In this document: piece after piece, positions 1 through 8,499 of the stretch
Layout: every line of letters begins with the position of its first letter
Position numbering within the stretch: position 1 is the first letter of the stretch
Origin: Acidobacteriota bacterium
Lineage (GTDB): Bacteria > Actinomycetota > Thermoleophilia > Gaiellales > Gaiellaceae
DNA: 59,563 bases
Assembly (NCBI GenBank): GCA_028876365.1
Contig: JAGWRZ010000019.1
Span: 1 to 59,563, forward strand
Direction: 5' to 3'
Made by a program: the position numbers and the translations under genes
Notes under the pieces: model-generated
The model's input: the letters and a program-made list of their open reading frames with translations, nothing else
What the model was told of the DNA's origin: nothing
Databases searched by the model: none

Positions 1-1
1 C

Positions 2-667
2 TTCATCGGCGGTGGCGCCGGCGCGATCTCCGGCAACGACATCGTCGCCGTCGCCCTCGCCAACGGCCTCGCCATCGGAATCATGGTGTCCAACTTCGGG
101 CACATATCCGGTGGTCTCTTCAATCCCGCGATCACGCTCGGTTTCCTCGGCACCCGCCGTATCACGCCGCGCCTCGCAGGGGTCTACTGGTTCGCGCAGT
201 TCGGCGGCGCGGTCATCGCAGCGGGGATCCTGCGGTGGCTCGTCGGGCGGCACGCGTTCGGCGGAGCGATTCCGAGCGTGCACGTGATCGGTGCCGGCAA
301 GGGCTTCGTGCTCGAGGCGATCATGACGTTCTTCCTCGTGGTCGCCGTGTTCGCGACCGCCGTCGACCCGCGCGGCGCTTTCAAGTCGATCGCGGGCCTC
401 GCGATCGGACTGACGATCTCGGTCGACGTGCTCTTCGGCGGCCCGTTGACGGGTGCGGCGATGAACCCGGCGCGTGCGTTCGGCCCCGAGCTCGTCGGCG
501 GCTTCTGGGGCGCCGGCTGGATCTACTACCTCGGCCCGGCCTTCGGTGCGCTCGTCGCCGCGATCGGCTACGACCGCCTCTATCTCCGTCCGCTCGCGCC
601 GGCGGTCGTCGGCACGCCGGAGTCGGGGGTCGCCGAGCCGCGTCCCGGCGAGACCGCCGAGAGTTAG
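2..667 (+). CDS. MIP/aquaporin-family channel (5' end lies upstream of the window)
   Basis: The frame is open from base 2 (FIGGGAGAISGND...) into track ORF 83..667. Both NPA boxes are present (GGLFNPAITLG and GAAMNPARAFGP). The sequence is hydrophobic throughout. TAG stop at 665-667. Confidence 0.9.
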   Translation, partial: FIGGGAGAISGNDIVAVALANGLAIGIMVSNFGHISGGLFNPAITLGFLGTRRITPRLAGVYWFAQFGGAVIAAGILRWLVGRHAFGGAIPSVHVIGAGKGFVLEAIMTFFLVVAVFATAVDPRGAFKSIAGLAIGLTISVDVLFGGPLTGAAMNPARAFGPELVGGFWGAGWIYYLGPAFGALVAAIGYDRLYLRPLAPAVVGTPESGVAEPRPGETAES

Positions 668-1173
668 GGCAGAAACGCGACGTACGCCGCGGCGGGCTCG
701 CGCACGCGGGGCGCAGGCTCGCGCGCAGGCTCGCCGAGGTGCAGCAGCCCGAGCACGCGTTCGCCGCGCCCGATCCCGAGCGACTCGCGGCCGCGCGCGG
801 TGCGGAGGACGCCCGGCGTCCGCCAGTACGACGCGAGCCCCCGCTCCGTCGCGGCGAGGAGGACGAGCATCGTCGCCGCCGCCGTCGCGCACACGTCCTC
901 CTCGTCCTGGACGAGGTCGCCCGTGACGGCCGCCGACACGACGACGAGGGTCGGTGCGCGGTCGAGCTTGCCCGCCTCCGATGCGCCGGCCGCCTCCTTC
1001 AGCCGCCCCAGGGCGTCGGGACCGATGACGCGGAAGCGCCACGGCTGGGTCAGGTGATGGTTCGGCGCGAGCCGCGCGAGCTCGAGCAGCTCCATCAGCG
1101 TCGCGCGCGGGACGGGCCGGGGCCCGAACGCCTTGTGAGTCCGTCGCGCAGCTGCGAGCTCGGCGAGCGTCAC
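664..1173 (-). CDS. nitroreductase family protein
   Basis: These are the last 169 codons of track ORF 664..1989. The GTG at 1171-1173 overlaps the osmC stop (GTGA). HKAFGPRPVPRATLMELLELARLAPNHHLTQPWRFRVI is a typical nitroreductase N-terminal region. The upstream part of the track ORF is Arg/Ser-rich shadow over osmC. Confidence 0.8.
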   Translation of the reverse strand: MTLAELAAARRTHKAFGPRPVPRATLMELLELARLAPNHHLTQPWRFRVIGPDALGRLKEAAGASEAGKLDRAPTLVVVSAAVTGDLVQDEEDVCATAAATMLVLLAATERGLASYWRTPGVLRTARGRESLGIGRGERVLGLLHLGEPAREPAPRVREPAAAYVAFLP

Positions 1174-1616
1174 GCGCGGCGCGCGCTCAGGTGGAGCTCG
1201 ACGCCCGCGGCGCGCAGGAGCTGCGAGAACGGACAGCCCTCGTCCGCCTTCTCGAACGCGGCGCGGAGAGCGTCGTCGTCGAGGCCGTCGACCTCGGCGA
1301 TCGCGTCGACGTACGACGCCACGACCTGATGTCCCCTCCCCTCGACCTCGTCCATGACGATGCGGCACGAGACGTGAAGATTGCCGGGCGGCGTCCCCGC
1401 CTGGGTCAGCTCGCTCGCGAGCGACATGGTGATGCAGCCTCCGTGCGCGGCCGCGAGCAGCTCCTCGGGGCTCGTCTTGCCCTCGGGCTGTCCGATGCGA
1501 GTCGGGAGCGAGTAGCCGAGCCCGGCGAAAGCGCCCGTGCCTGCCGTGATCGTGCCGGCGCCGCGGGCCACGTTCCCCTCCCACACGAGCCGTGCGCTGC
1601 GTTCGATGCGCGGCAT
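1170..1616 (-). CDS. osmC: OsmC-family peroxiredoxin
   Basis: 148 codons starting MPRIERSARLVWEGNVARGAGTI. It aligns along its length with E. coli OsmC from memory (WEG..RG.G, SPEELLAAAHGGC, EGCPFSQLL, with both conserved Cys). The ATG at 1614-1616 overlaps the bicupin stop. Confidence 0.88.
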   Translation of the reverse strand: MPRIERSARLVWEGNVARGAGTITAGTGAFAGLGYSLPTRIGQPEGKTSPEELLAAAHGGCITMSLASELTQAGTPPGNLHVSCRIVMDEVEGRGHQVVASYVDAIAEVDGLDDDALRAAFEKADEGCPFSQLLRAAGVELHLSARRA

Positions 1617-2287
1617 CAGTACTGGTGGGCGGGCGTTCCGTCGACGTAGTACGCCTCCGCCGGCGATCCGGCCGGGCGGAAGACGCCGAGAACGAGCATC
1701 TCGCCGGGCCCGCGGTTCTCGAGGGAATGCACGAGCTTCGCGGGCTGGTGGATGCACGAGCCGCGACGGAGCGGCTCCGACTCGCCGCCGACATGCAGCG
1801 CGCCGTCGCCCTCGAGAACGTAGACGACCTCGTCGTAGCGGTGGTAGTGGTCGGGCGCGCGCCCGGCCGGGATGTAACCGACGAACTGCGTGACCGACGG
1901 GCACGGCGCGAGCAGGCGGAACTGCCGGCCGGCGGTCGCCTCACCGGCCTCGACGTCGTCGATCGCGACGACCGCATGCCGGGTCCCATCGCCGGGCAGC
2001 GGATCGTGGACGATCACGGACAGGAGCTCGAGCCCGTCGGCCTCGTCGATGCTCCAACCGACCCCCTCCGCACGGTACAGCGCAGTGCCGGGACGGAGCT
2101 CGACCTTCTCCCCGCCGACCGTCGCGGCGCCGCTTCCCCGCAGGACGTAGAGGACGTCGTCGCCGTCGACCGGCTCCTGCTCGCCGCCCGCGGCGTCGAA
2201 GCGGAGGAGCCGCTGGTGGAATCCGGCGCAGCCGCGCGCGGGCCCGAAGAGCGTCTCTTCGTCGTCCGATTGGATGCAATACCGCAT
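1616..2287 (-). CDS. bicupin (two cupin barrels) protein
   Basis: 223 aa. The C-terminal module has a complete cupin motif 1 (HYHRYDEVVYVLEG) followed by LVHSLEN. The N-terminal module is a degenerate cupin (VLYVLRGSGAATVGGEKVELRPG). It is first in a 3-gene overlapping operon with osmC and the nitroreductase. Confidence 0.75.
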   Translation of the reverse strand: MRYCIQSDDEETLFGPARGCAGFHQRLLRFDAAGGEQEPVDGDDVLYVLRGSGAATVGGEKVELRPGTALYRAEGVGWSIDEADGLELLSVIVHDPLPGDGTRHAVVAIDDVEAGEATAGRQFRLLAPCPSVTQFVGYIPAGRAPDHYHRYDEVVYVLEGDGALHVGGESEPLRRGSCIHQPAKLVHSLENRGPGEMLVLGVFRPAGSPAEAYYVDGTPAHQY

Positions 2288-2302
2288 CTCGCCACCCTAC
2301 AA

Positions 2303-2323
2303 CGGCTAGACACAGCGGCTAGA
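2303..2323. promoter_or_regulatory. direct repeat CGGCTAGA-N5-CGGCTAGA in the divergent bicupin/ABC control region
   Basis: Two exact 8-mers at 2303-2310 and 2316-2323 lie inside the 77-bp intergenic region. Candidate operator only. Confidence 0.2.
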
Positions 2324-2364
2324 GTCGTGGGCCTCGTGGGGAAATCCCAAAGGAGGGTTACTCG

Positions 2365-3522
2365 ATGGTCAGAAGGTTCGGACTGATCGCAGCGGCGGCG
2401 GCGGCGCTCCTGCTCGCGGTCGTCTCTGCCGCCTCCGCGCGCCCGTCGGCGCAGGCTGCGGCAACGGCATCGTGCTCGAAGGGCGTGTCGATCGGCATGC
2501 AGGCTCCGATCACCGGCCCGGCCGGATCGATCGGCAGCGACCAGCTGCACTGGGCCGAGTTCTACTTCACGCAGTGGAACAAGACCCACAAGCTGAAGAT
2601 CCACCTCGTGCAGGAGGACACGCAGCTCGATCCGTCCAAGGCTTCGACAACGGCGCAGGCGCTGGCATCGAACGGGTCGGTCATGGGCGTCATCGGCCCG
2701 GCCGGAAGCGACGAGGTACAGGCAGTCGCGCCGATCTTCAAGAAGGCGGGGCTCGCGTTCGCATCCGGCTCGGCGACCCGTGTGTCGCTCACGGGCGGCG
2801 CATGGAAGGGCTACTTCTTCCGCGACGTTCCGAACGACGGCGTGCAGGGCCCGACGGATGCGAACTACATGATGTCGGCGCTCGGCGTGAAGTCCGGCTC
2901 GAAGGTCATGGTCGTCGACGACCAGGAGTCGTACTCGACCGGCCTGGCGGACATCGTCCAGCAGACGCTCGCGAGCAAGGGCGTCACGGTCGACCGTGAG
3001 TCGGTCAGCCAGAAGTCGACCGACTTCTCGTCGCTCATCGCCAAGGTCGACGCGAGCACGAAGGTCGTCTTCCTGCCGTTCCAGGTCGCGTCCGAGGCCC
3101 AGCTCTTCGCGCAGCAGCTCCAGGCGCAGGGCAAGACCGCGGTCGCGTTCGGCAGCGACGGCACGTTCGACTCGTCCAAGTTCACCGTCAACGGGAGCTA
3201 CATCTCGTTCTTCGCCCCGGACGTCACGACGATCCCGGCGGACGCCGCCGTCGTGAAGGCGTTCCACAAGCAGTTCCCGGGCGCGACGAGCCCGTTCGGC
3301 GCTCCGAACTACGTGCTCGCGCAGATGTATGCGACCGCGATCACGAAGGCGTGCAAGGACAACAAGATCAGCCGTGCGGAGGTCCGCAAGGACGTCCTCA
3401 AGGTGTCCCTCAAGTCGACGATTCTCGGCGGCCCGATGAAGCTGACCGCCAACGGCGACGTTGCGGGCGCGAAGTTCCACATCTTCAAGATCGAAAACGG
3501 CAAGTACGTCACGATCGCATAG
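2365..3522 (+). CDS. ABC transporter substrate-binding protein, HAAT (LivJ/amide-urea binding) family
   Basis: AAAGGAGGG lies 7 nt upstream of the ATG. A signal peptide is present (MVRRFGLIAAAAAALLLAVVSAASA). The layout is typical of type-I periplasmic binding proteins (IGMQAPITGPAGSIG..., VMGVIGPAGSDE). Confidence 0.9.
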   Translation: MVRRFGLIAAAAAALLLAVVSAASARPSAQAAATASCSKGVSIGMQAPITGPAGSIGSDQLHWAEFYFTQWNKTHKLKIHLVQEDTQLDPSKASTTAQALASNGSVMGVIGPAGSDEVQAVAPIFKKAGLAFASGSATRVSLTGGAWKGYFFRDVPNDGVQGPTDANYMMSALGVKSGSKVMVVDDQESYSTGLADIVQQTLASKGVTVDRESVSQKSTDFSSLIAKVDASTKVVFLPFQVASEAQLFAQQLQAQGKTAVAFGSDGTFDSSKFTVNGSYISFFAPDVTTIPADAAVVKAFHKQFPGATSPFGAPNYVLAQMYATAITKACKDNKISRAEVRKDVLKVSLKSTILGGPMKLTANGDVAGAKFHIFKIENGKYVTIA

Positions 3523-3534
3523 TCATCGAGACCT

Positions 3535-3564
3535 GGAGCGTGGCCGGTAACCCGGCCACGCTCC
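3535..3564 (+). promoter_or_regulatory. perfect 13-bp stem / 4-nt loop hairpin between the SBP and permease genes
   Basis: GGAGCGTGGCCGG-TAAC-CCGGCCACGCTCC with no mismatch and no U-tract. It lies in the 49-bp gap after the SBP stop. Candidate intra-operon attenuator or 3'-end stabiliser. Confidence 0.5.
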
Positions 3565-3571
3565 TCCTCGC

Positions 3572-4504
3572 ATGAACTGGAACCTCTTCCTCACCGAGTT
3601 GGTCGCCGGCGTCTCGCACGGTGCCGTGTACGCGCTGATCGCGCTCGGCTACTCGATGGTGTACGGCATCTTGAAGCTCCTGAACTTCGCCCACGGCGAC
3701 GTCTACATGGTGGGCTCGTTCATCGGCTTCGGGATCATCACCGTGTTCGGGGGCGCGACGAATCTCAGCATCCCGGTCTGGGCGCTGCTCATCGTCATGC
3801 TCCTGTGCGCGATGCTCGGCGGGGGGCTGCTCGGCGTCATGATCGAGCGCTTTGCGTACCGGCGCCTCCGCAACGCGCCTCGCATCGCGCCGCTCATCAC
3901 CGCGCTCGGGGTCTCGTTCTTCCTCGAGAACGCGGCGCAGCTCGTGCTGGGCGCGCAGTACCAGAGCTACGACAGCTTCGGCTGGAAGAGCCCGATCGCC
4001 CTCAGGCACTTCACGCTGCCGGCGAGCACGGTCATCAGCTACGCAGAGGTGATCATCATCGCCGGGACGATCGTGCTTGTCGTCGCGCTCACGCTGTTCG
4101 TCCAGCGGACGCAGCTCGGCAAGGCCATGCGCGCCACCTCCTTCGACCGCGAGGCGGCGGCGATGATGGGCATCGACGTCGACAACGTCATCGTCGCGAC
4201 GTTCTTCATCGGCTCGGCGCTCGCGGGCGCCGCCGGCGTCTTCAACGGGATCGAGTACCAGCAGGTGTGGCCGTACATGGGCTTCACGGCGGGCCTCTAC
4301 GCGTTCATCGCGGCCGTCGTCGGCGGCATCGGCAACCTGCCCGGGGCCGTGCTCGGCGGCCTCACGATCGGGCTCGCGCAGGCGTTCTCGATCGGGTACA
4401 TCTCGTCGACGTTCTCGGACGCGGTCGTGTTCGCGATCCTCATCGCGGTCATGATCGTCCGCCCGAGCGGCCTGCTCGGGAAGGCGGCGGTCTCCAAGGT
4501 ATGA
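3572..4504 (+). CDS. HAAT-family ABC permease (LivH-like)
   Basis: 310 aa polytopic membrane protein. It carries LivH-type motifs (LNFAHGDVYMVG, RATSFDREAAAMMGI, VVGGIGNLPGAVLGG). Confidence 0.92.
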   Translation: MNWNLFLTELVAGVSHGAVYALIALGYSMVYGILKLLNFAHGDVYMVGSFIGFGIITVFGGATNLSIPVWALLIVMLLCAMLGGGLLGVMIERFAYRRLRNAPRIAPLITALGVSFFLENAAQLVLGAQYQSYDSFGWKSPIALRHFTLPASTVISYAEVIIIAGTIVLVVALTLFVQRTQLGKAMRATSFDREAAAMMGIDVDNVIVATFFIGSALAGAAGVFNGIEYQQVWPYMGFTAGLYAFIAAVVGGIGNLPGAVLGGLTIGLAQAFSIGYISSTFSDAVVFAILIAVMIVRPSGLLGKAAVSKV

Positions 4505-5973
4505 GCACGGATCCCACCGATCCGAGCGCGCCGCGCGTCGGTGTCGACGAGTGGGTCGCATCGCACGAGCAGCGGCGCGCGTACCGCGCCGGGGTCGCCG
4601 GGATGGTCGAGCGCCGGCTCGAGCGCGTCCCGAGCCCGGCGTTCTACCTCGCCTTCGGGATCGCCGCCGCCGTCGTGCCCGCGCTCACGAGCAACGGCTA
4701 CGTCATCGACGTCGGTCTCAACACGCTGCTGTACATGTTGCTGGCGCTCGGCCTCAACATCACGGTCGGGTACGCAGGGCTCCTCGATCTCGGTTACGTC
4801 GCCTTCTACGGCTTCGCTGCCTACGGCTACGCGATGCTCGCCTCGCCGAAATTCGGCTTGCACTGGGACACGCTCGCGGTCATTCCCCTCGCCGTGCTCG
4901 CGACCGTGATCCTCGGCTTCCTCGTCGCGCTTCCGTCCCGGCGCCTGGTCGGCGACTACCTCGCGATCGTGACGCTCTTCTTCGGCGAGCTGTTCGCGAC
5001 CGTGTACCAGAACGGCGAGCACATGTCGTTCTTCGGCCACTTCGGCGCGCATGACGTGACGGGCGGCCCAAACGGCATCCCGAACATCGACCAGTTCAAC
5101 GTCTTCGGCGCACGCATCGGCGCGCTCAACTACACCGCCTACTACTACGTCGCACTGATCTTCTTCATGGTCCTTCTCTTCGCGATGTACCTCGTGGATC
5201 GCTCGCGGACGGGTCGCGCCTGGAAGTCGCTCCGCGAGGACCCGCTCGCAGCAGAGCTGATGGGCATGCCCGTGAACCGGCTGAAGCTGATCGCCTTCGC
5301 GAGCGGGGCCGGGATCGCCGGCCTTGCCGGCACGATCTTCGCGGCAGCGAACACCGCCGTGTTCGCCTCGGAGTTCGACTTCACCAGCGGTCTCTTGATC
5401 ATCGTCTACGCGATGCTCATCCTCGGGGGCGCCGGCAGCCTCGGCGGCGTCATCCTCGGCGCGCTCGTCGTGAACGTCTCGCTCGAAGTGCTGCGCACGC
5501 CCGGCCACGCGACGTGGATCTTCTACGTCCTCATCGCGGCGACGCTCGTCGCGAAGCTGCGGCCGTGGCACGCGCTCGCGATCGTCCTCGCCGGGACGGC
5601 GGCCTTCGGCTTCATCGTGCACGCGATCGTCTCGTCGGCATGGCCGCGCGGCGTTCACGGACAGGCGCCCGTCGGCGGCATCCTCGGAAGCGGGCTCAGC
5701 CACTGGGTGATCCTGCCGTCGAGCCCGATGACCATCGGGAACGTCGCGTTCATCTTCCTCGTGCTGGCAGTCCTCGCTCTGACGCTGCTGAAAGGCTGGT
5801 GGCAGAAGCTCGCGATGATCCCGACGCTCTATCTCGCCGCGTTCGTCTGGGAGAACCGGCTGGCGGTCGAGCCGAGCATCACGCGTCTCATCCTCGTCGG
5901 CGTCATCCTCATCGTTCTCATGAACGCCCGGCCGCAGGGCTTGCTCGGGACCTCGCGCGTGGAGATCGTATGA
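4501..5973 (+). CDS. HAAT-family ABC permease (LivM-like), unusually long (490 aa)
   Basis: The ATG at 4501 overlaps the livH-like stop (ATGA). LivM-type motifs are present (LNITVGYAGLLDLGYVAFYG, GRAWKSLREDPLAAELMG). The part of track ORF 3805..5973 upstream of 4501 is shadow over the previous gene. Confidence 0.88.
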   Translation: MSTDPTDPSAPRVGVDEWVASHEQRRAYRAGVAGMVERRLERVPSPAFYLAFGIAAAVVPALTSNGYVIDVGLNTLLYMLLALGLNITVGYAGLLDLGYVAFYGFAAYGYAMLASPKFGLHWDTLAVIPLAVLATVILGFLVALPSRRLVGDYLAIVTLFFGELFATVYQNGEHMSFFGHFGAHDVTGGPNGIPNIDQFNVFGARIGALNYTAYYYVALIFFMVLLFAMYLVDRSRTGRAWKSLREDPLAAELMGMPVNRLKLIAFASGAGIAGLAGTIFAAANTAVFASEFDFTSGLLIIVYAMLILGGAGSLGGVILGALVVNVSLEVLRTPGHATWIFYVLIAATLVAKLRPWHALAIVLAGTAAFGFIVHAIVSSAWPRGVHGQAPVGGILGSGLSHWVILPSSPMTIGNVAFIFLVLAVLALTLLKGWWQKLAMIPTLYLAAFVWENRLAVEPSITRLILVGVILIVLMNARPQGLLGTSRVEIV

Positions 5974-6755
5974 AGCTCCTCGAGCTGCGCGGCGTCTCGA
6001 AGAGCTTCGGCGGCCTCCGCGTCATCAGCGAGCTCGAGCTGCACGTCGACCAGGGGGAGATCGTGAGCGTCATCGGCCCGAACGGGGCGGGGAAGACGAC
6101 GCTCTTCAACCTCGTGACGGGTCTCTATGCCCCCGACGCCGGAGACATCGTCTTCGAGGGGAGGACGCTGCTCGGACTGGAGCCGCACGAGATCACCGCG
6201 CGCGGAATCGCGCGGACGTTCCAGACGCTGCGGCTCTTCCTGAACATGACGGTCAAGGAGAACGTGATGGCCGCCGCGTTCGCGCACACGCGCGCGGGCA
6301 TCCTCCGCTCCGTCCTGCGGACCCCGGGAATGCGCCGCGAGGAGCGCGAGATCGCCGAGCTCGCCGAGGAACGGCTCTCGTTCTTCGGGCAGCGGCTCAT
6401 GGGCTACCGCGGGGATCAGCCCGCCTTCAGCCTCTCGTACGCGAACCGCCGCCGGCTCGAGATCGCGCGCGCGACGGCGACGAAGCCCCGGCTGCTGCTG
6501 CTGGACGAGCCGGCCGCCGGCATGAACCCGGTGGAGACGCACGAGATCACGGAGCTGATCGCGCGCCTTCGCGCCGAGGGTGGATACACGATCCTCGTGA
6601 TCGAGCACGACATGCACGTCGTGGAGGGCATCTCCGACCGGGTCGTCGCTCTCGATCACGGCGTGAAGATCGCGGAGGGATCGTTCGAGCAGGTCGCGAC
6701 CGACCCCCGGGTCGTCGAGGCGTATCTCGGCACGAAGGCGGCGACGACGAAGTGA
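5970..6755 (+). CDS. ABC ATP-binding protein (LivG-like)
   Basis: ATGA overlap at 5970-5973. Walker A is GPNGAGKTT. The signature region is LSYANRRRLEIARA and Walker B is LLLLDEPAAG. Confidence 0.92.
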   Translation: MKLLELRGVSKSFGGLRVISELELHVDQGEIVSVIGPNGAGKTTLFNLVTGLYAPDAGDIVFEGRTLLGLEPHEITARGIARTFQTLRLFLNMTVKENVMAAAFAHTRAGILRSVLRTPGMRREEREIAELAEERLSFFGQRLMGYRGDQPAFSLSYANRRRLEIARATATKPRLLLLDEPAAGMNPVETHEITELIARLRAEGGYTILVIEHDMHVVEGISDRVVALDHGVKIAEGSFEQVATDPRVVEAYLGTKAATTK

Positions 6756-7456
6756 GCCTTCTCGAGCTCCAGGCCGTCGACACCTACTACGGGCCGATTC
6801 ACATCCTCCAGGGCCTGACGCTGACGATCGAGCCGGGCGAGCTCGTCTGCCTCCTCGGCGGCAACGCATCGGGGAAGTCGACGACGCTGAAGACCGTGCT
6901 CGGCATCGTCTCGCCGCGCAACGGGACGGTGACCTTCGACGGCGAGGATGTCACCCGCCGGCCGACGAGCTATCGCATTCGCAAGGGGCTCGCGATCGTT
7001 CCCGAGAACCGGCGCCTCTTCGCGCCGATGACGGTGCTCGAGAACCTGCAGATGGGCGCCTACCTGCACGGTGGCGGCTCCCAGGAGGACTTCGACCGCG
7101 TGTACGAGCTCTTCCCCCTTCTGCACGAGCGGCGCAGCCAGCTCGCGGGGACGCTCTCCGGTGGAGAGCAGCAGATGGTTGCGATGGGGCGCGCCCTCAT
7201 GTCGAAGCCGAAGCTGCTGCTGATGGACGAGCCCTCGATGGGGCTTGCGCCGATCCTCGTCGAGCGCAGCTTCGAGATCATCCAGCAGGTCCACGAATCG
7301 GGCGTCGCGATGCTCGTCGTCGAGCAGAACGCGAACGTGTCGCTGTCGATCGCCGACCGCGGCTACGTCCTCTCGACGGGCCGGCTCGTCCTCGAGGGCC
7401 GCGCCGACGACCTGCGCGAGAACGAAGACCTGCGCAAGGCATATTTGGGTCGATGA
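6752..7456 (+). CDS. ABC ATP-binding protein (LivF-like)
   Basis: GTGA overlap with the previous gene. Walker A is GGNASGKST, the signature is LSGGEQQM, and Walker B is LLLMDEPS. Confidence 0.92.
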   Translation: MSLLELQAVDTYYGPIHILQGLTLTIEPGELVCLLGGNASGKSTTLKTVLGIVSPRNGTVTFDGEDVTRRPTSYRIRKGLAIVPENRRLFAPMTVLENLQMGAYLHGGGSQEDFDRVYELFPLLHERRSQLAGTLSGGEQQMVAMGRALMSKPKLLLMDEPSMGLAPILVERSFEIIQQVHESGVAMLVVEQNANVSLSIADRGYVLSTGRLVLEGRADDLRENEDLRKAYLGR

Positions 7457-8400
7457 GCGACGTCGTGGCAACGGTGGTGGCGACGCGGAGCTCCGCGCCG
7501 CGCCCGATCGGCTCGAAGCTCGTCGTGCGCGAGGACGGAGGCATCGAGGGCTCGGTCTCCGGCGGCTGCGTCGAGACCGACGTCGTCGCGGCCGCCCAGG
7601 AGGTGCGCGAGTCCGGCATCCCTCGGCTCGTGACCTACGGCATCAGCGACGACGCGGCGATCGGCATCGGCCTGCCGTGCGGCGGCGAGATCGACGTCTG
7701 GATCGAGCCGATGCGCGACGCGGGCGGCGACGTCGTCCTCACCGTGATCGAGGGCGACGACGCCGGCCGGCGGATCACCGATCCTGACCTCGAGCGCGCC
7801 GCGCGCCTGCGTGGCCGCAGCCACGTGATCAGGCTGGACGGCCGCACCGTGTTCGCAGACGTCTTCGGCCCGCCGCCGCGCCTCTTCGTCTACGGCGCGG
7901 TCGACACCGCCGAGGCGCTCTGCGCGGCCGCGAAGCTCCTCGGCTGGAGGACGATCGTCGCCGATGCGCGTCCGCGGTTCGCAACGCCGGAGCGGCTGCC
8001 GAGCGCGGACGAGATCCTCGCCGAGTGGCCGGAAGAGGCGCTCGCGCGCGTCGCTCCGGACGCATCGACCGCGATCGTCGTCCTCACCCACGACGACAAG
8101 TTCGACCTGCCGGCGATCCGAGGCGCCCTCGCGACCGACGCCTTCTACATCGGCTGGATCGGCTCGCGCCGAAACCAGGCGCGCCGGCGCGCGCTCCTCG
8201 TCGACGAGGGCGTGAGCGAAGCCGCGCTCGAGCGCGTCTCGGGGCCGAGCGGCCTCGACCTCGGCGCCGACGCGCCGCCCGAGACGGCGGTGTCGATCCT
8301 CGGCGAGATCCTCGCCGTGCGCTCCGGCCGGCCCGGCGGCCGCCTGCGCGAGGCGGAAGGCCGGATCCACGCGCAGCCCGTGCCCGCGGATCAAAAATAA
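7453..8400 (+). CDS. XdhC/CoxI-family molybdenum-cofactor insertion accessory protein
   Basis: ATGA overlap with the livF-like gene. The N-terminal XdhC_CoxI-like region is GSKLVVREDGGIEGSVSGGCVE. The C-terminal Rossmann-like half is LFVYGAVDTAEALCAAAKLLGW...VLTHDDKFD. Confidence 0.85.
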   Translation: MSDVVATVVATRSSAPRPIGSKLVVREDGGIEGSVSGGCVETDVVAAAQEVRESGIPRLVTYGISDDAAIGIGLPCGGEIDVWIEPMRDAGGDVVLTVIEGDDAGRRITDPDLERAARLRGRSHVIRLDGRTVFADVFGPPPRLFVYGAVDTAEALCAAAKLLGWRTIVADARPRFATPERLPSADEILAEWPEEALARVAPDASTAIVVLTHDDKFDLPAIRGALATDAFYIGWIGSRRNQARRRALLVDEGVSEAALERVSGPSGLDLGADAPPETAVSILGEILAVRSGRPGGRLREAEGRIHAQPVPADQK

Positions 8401-8408
8401 AATGCCGC

Positions 8409-8438
8409 TTGCAAAGCAGTTCTTGCGAAACGTAGGAT
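8409..8438 (+). promoter_or_regulatory. candidate promoter for the hydroxylase genes (-35 TTGCAA, 18-nt spacer, -10 TAGGAT)
   Basis: It lies in the only AT-rich patch of the 99-bp gap after xdhC. GGGAG lies 8 nt before the TTG start at 8500. Confidence 0.35.
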
Positions 8439-8499
8439 CGGCCCTGGCCGTGGGGCATGTCGAAGCGTTCACCAGCGCAGGGCACCGGGAGCCGTAGGC

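Noticed and set aside
3805-4500. Upstream 232 codons of track ORF 3805..5973
   Set aside because: This stretch overlaps the LivH-like permease out of frame and translates to Arg/Gly-rich sequence. The LivM-like protein begins convincingly at ATG 4501 with an ATGA overlap.
8401-8499. Possible molybdenum-cofactor riboswitch upstream of the hydroxylase genes
   Set aside because: The gap is only 99 nt. I could not recognise the conserved Moco-motif stems or loops. A plain promoter plus a short leader explains it. A covariance-model search would be decisive.
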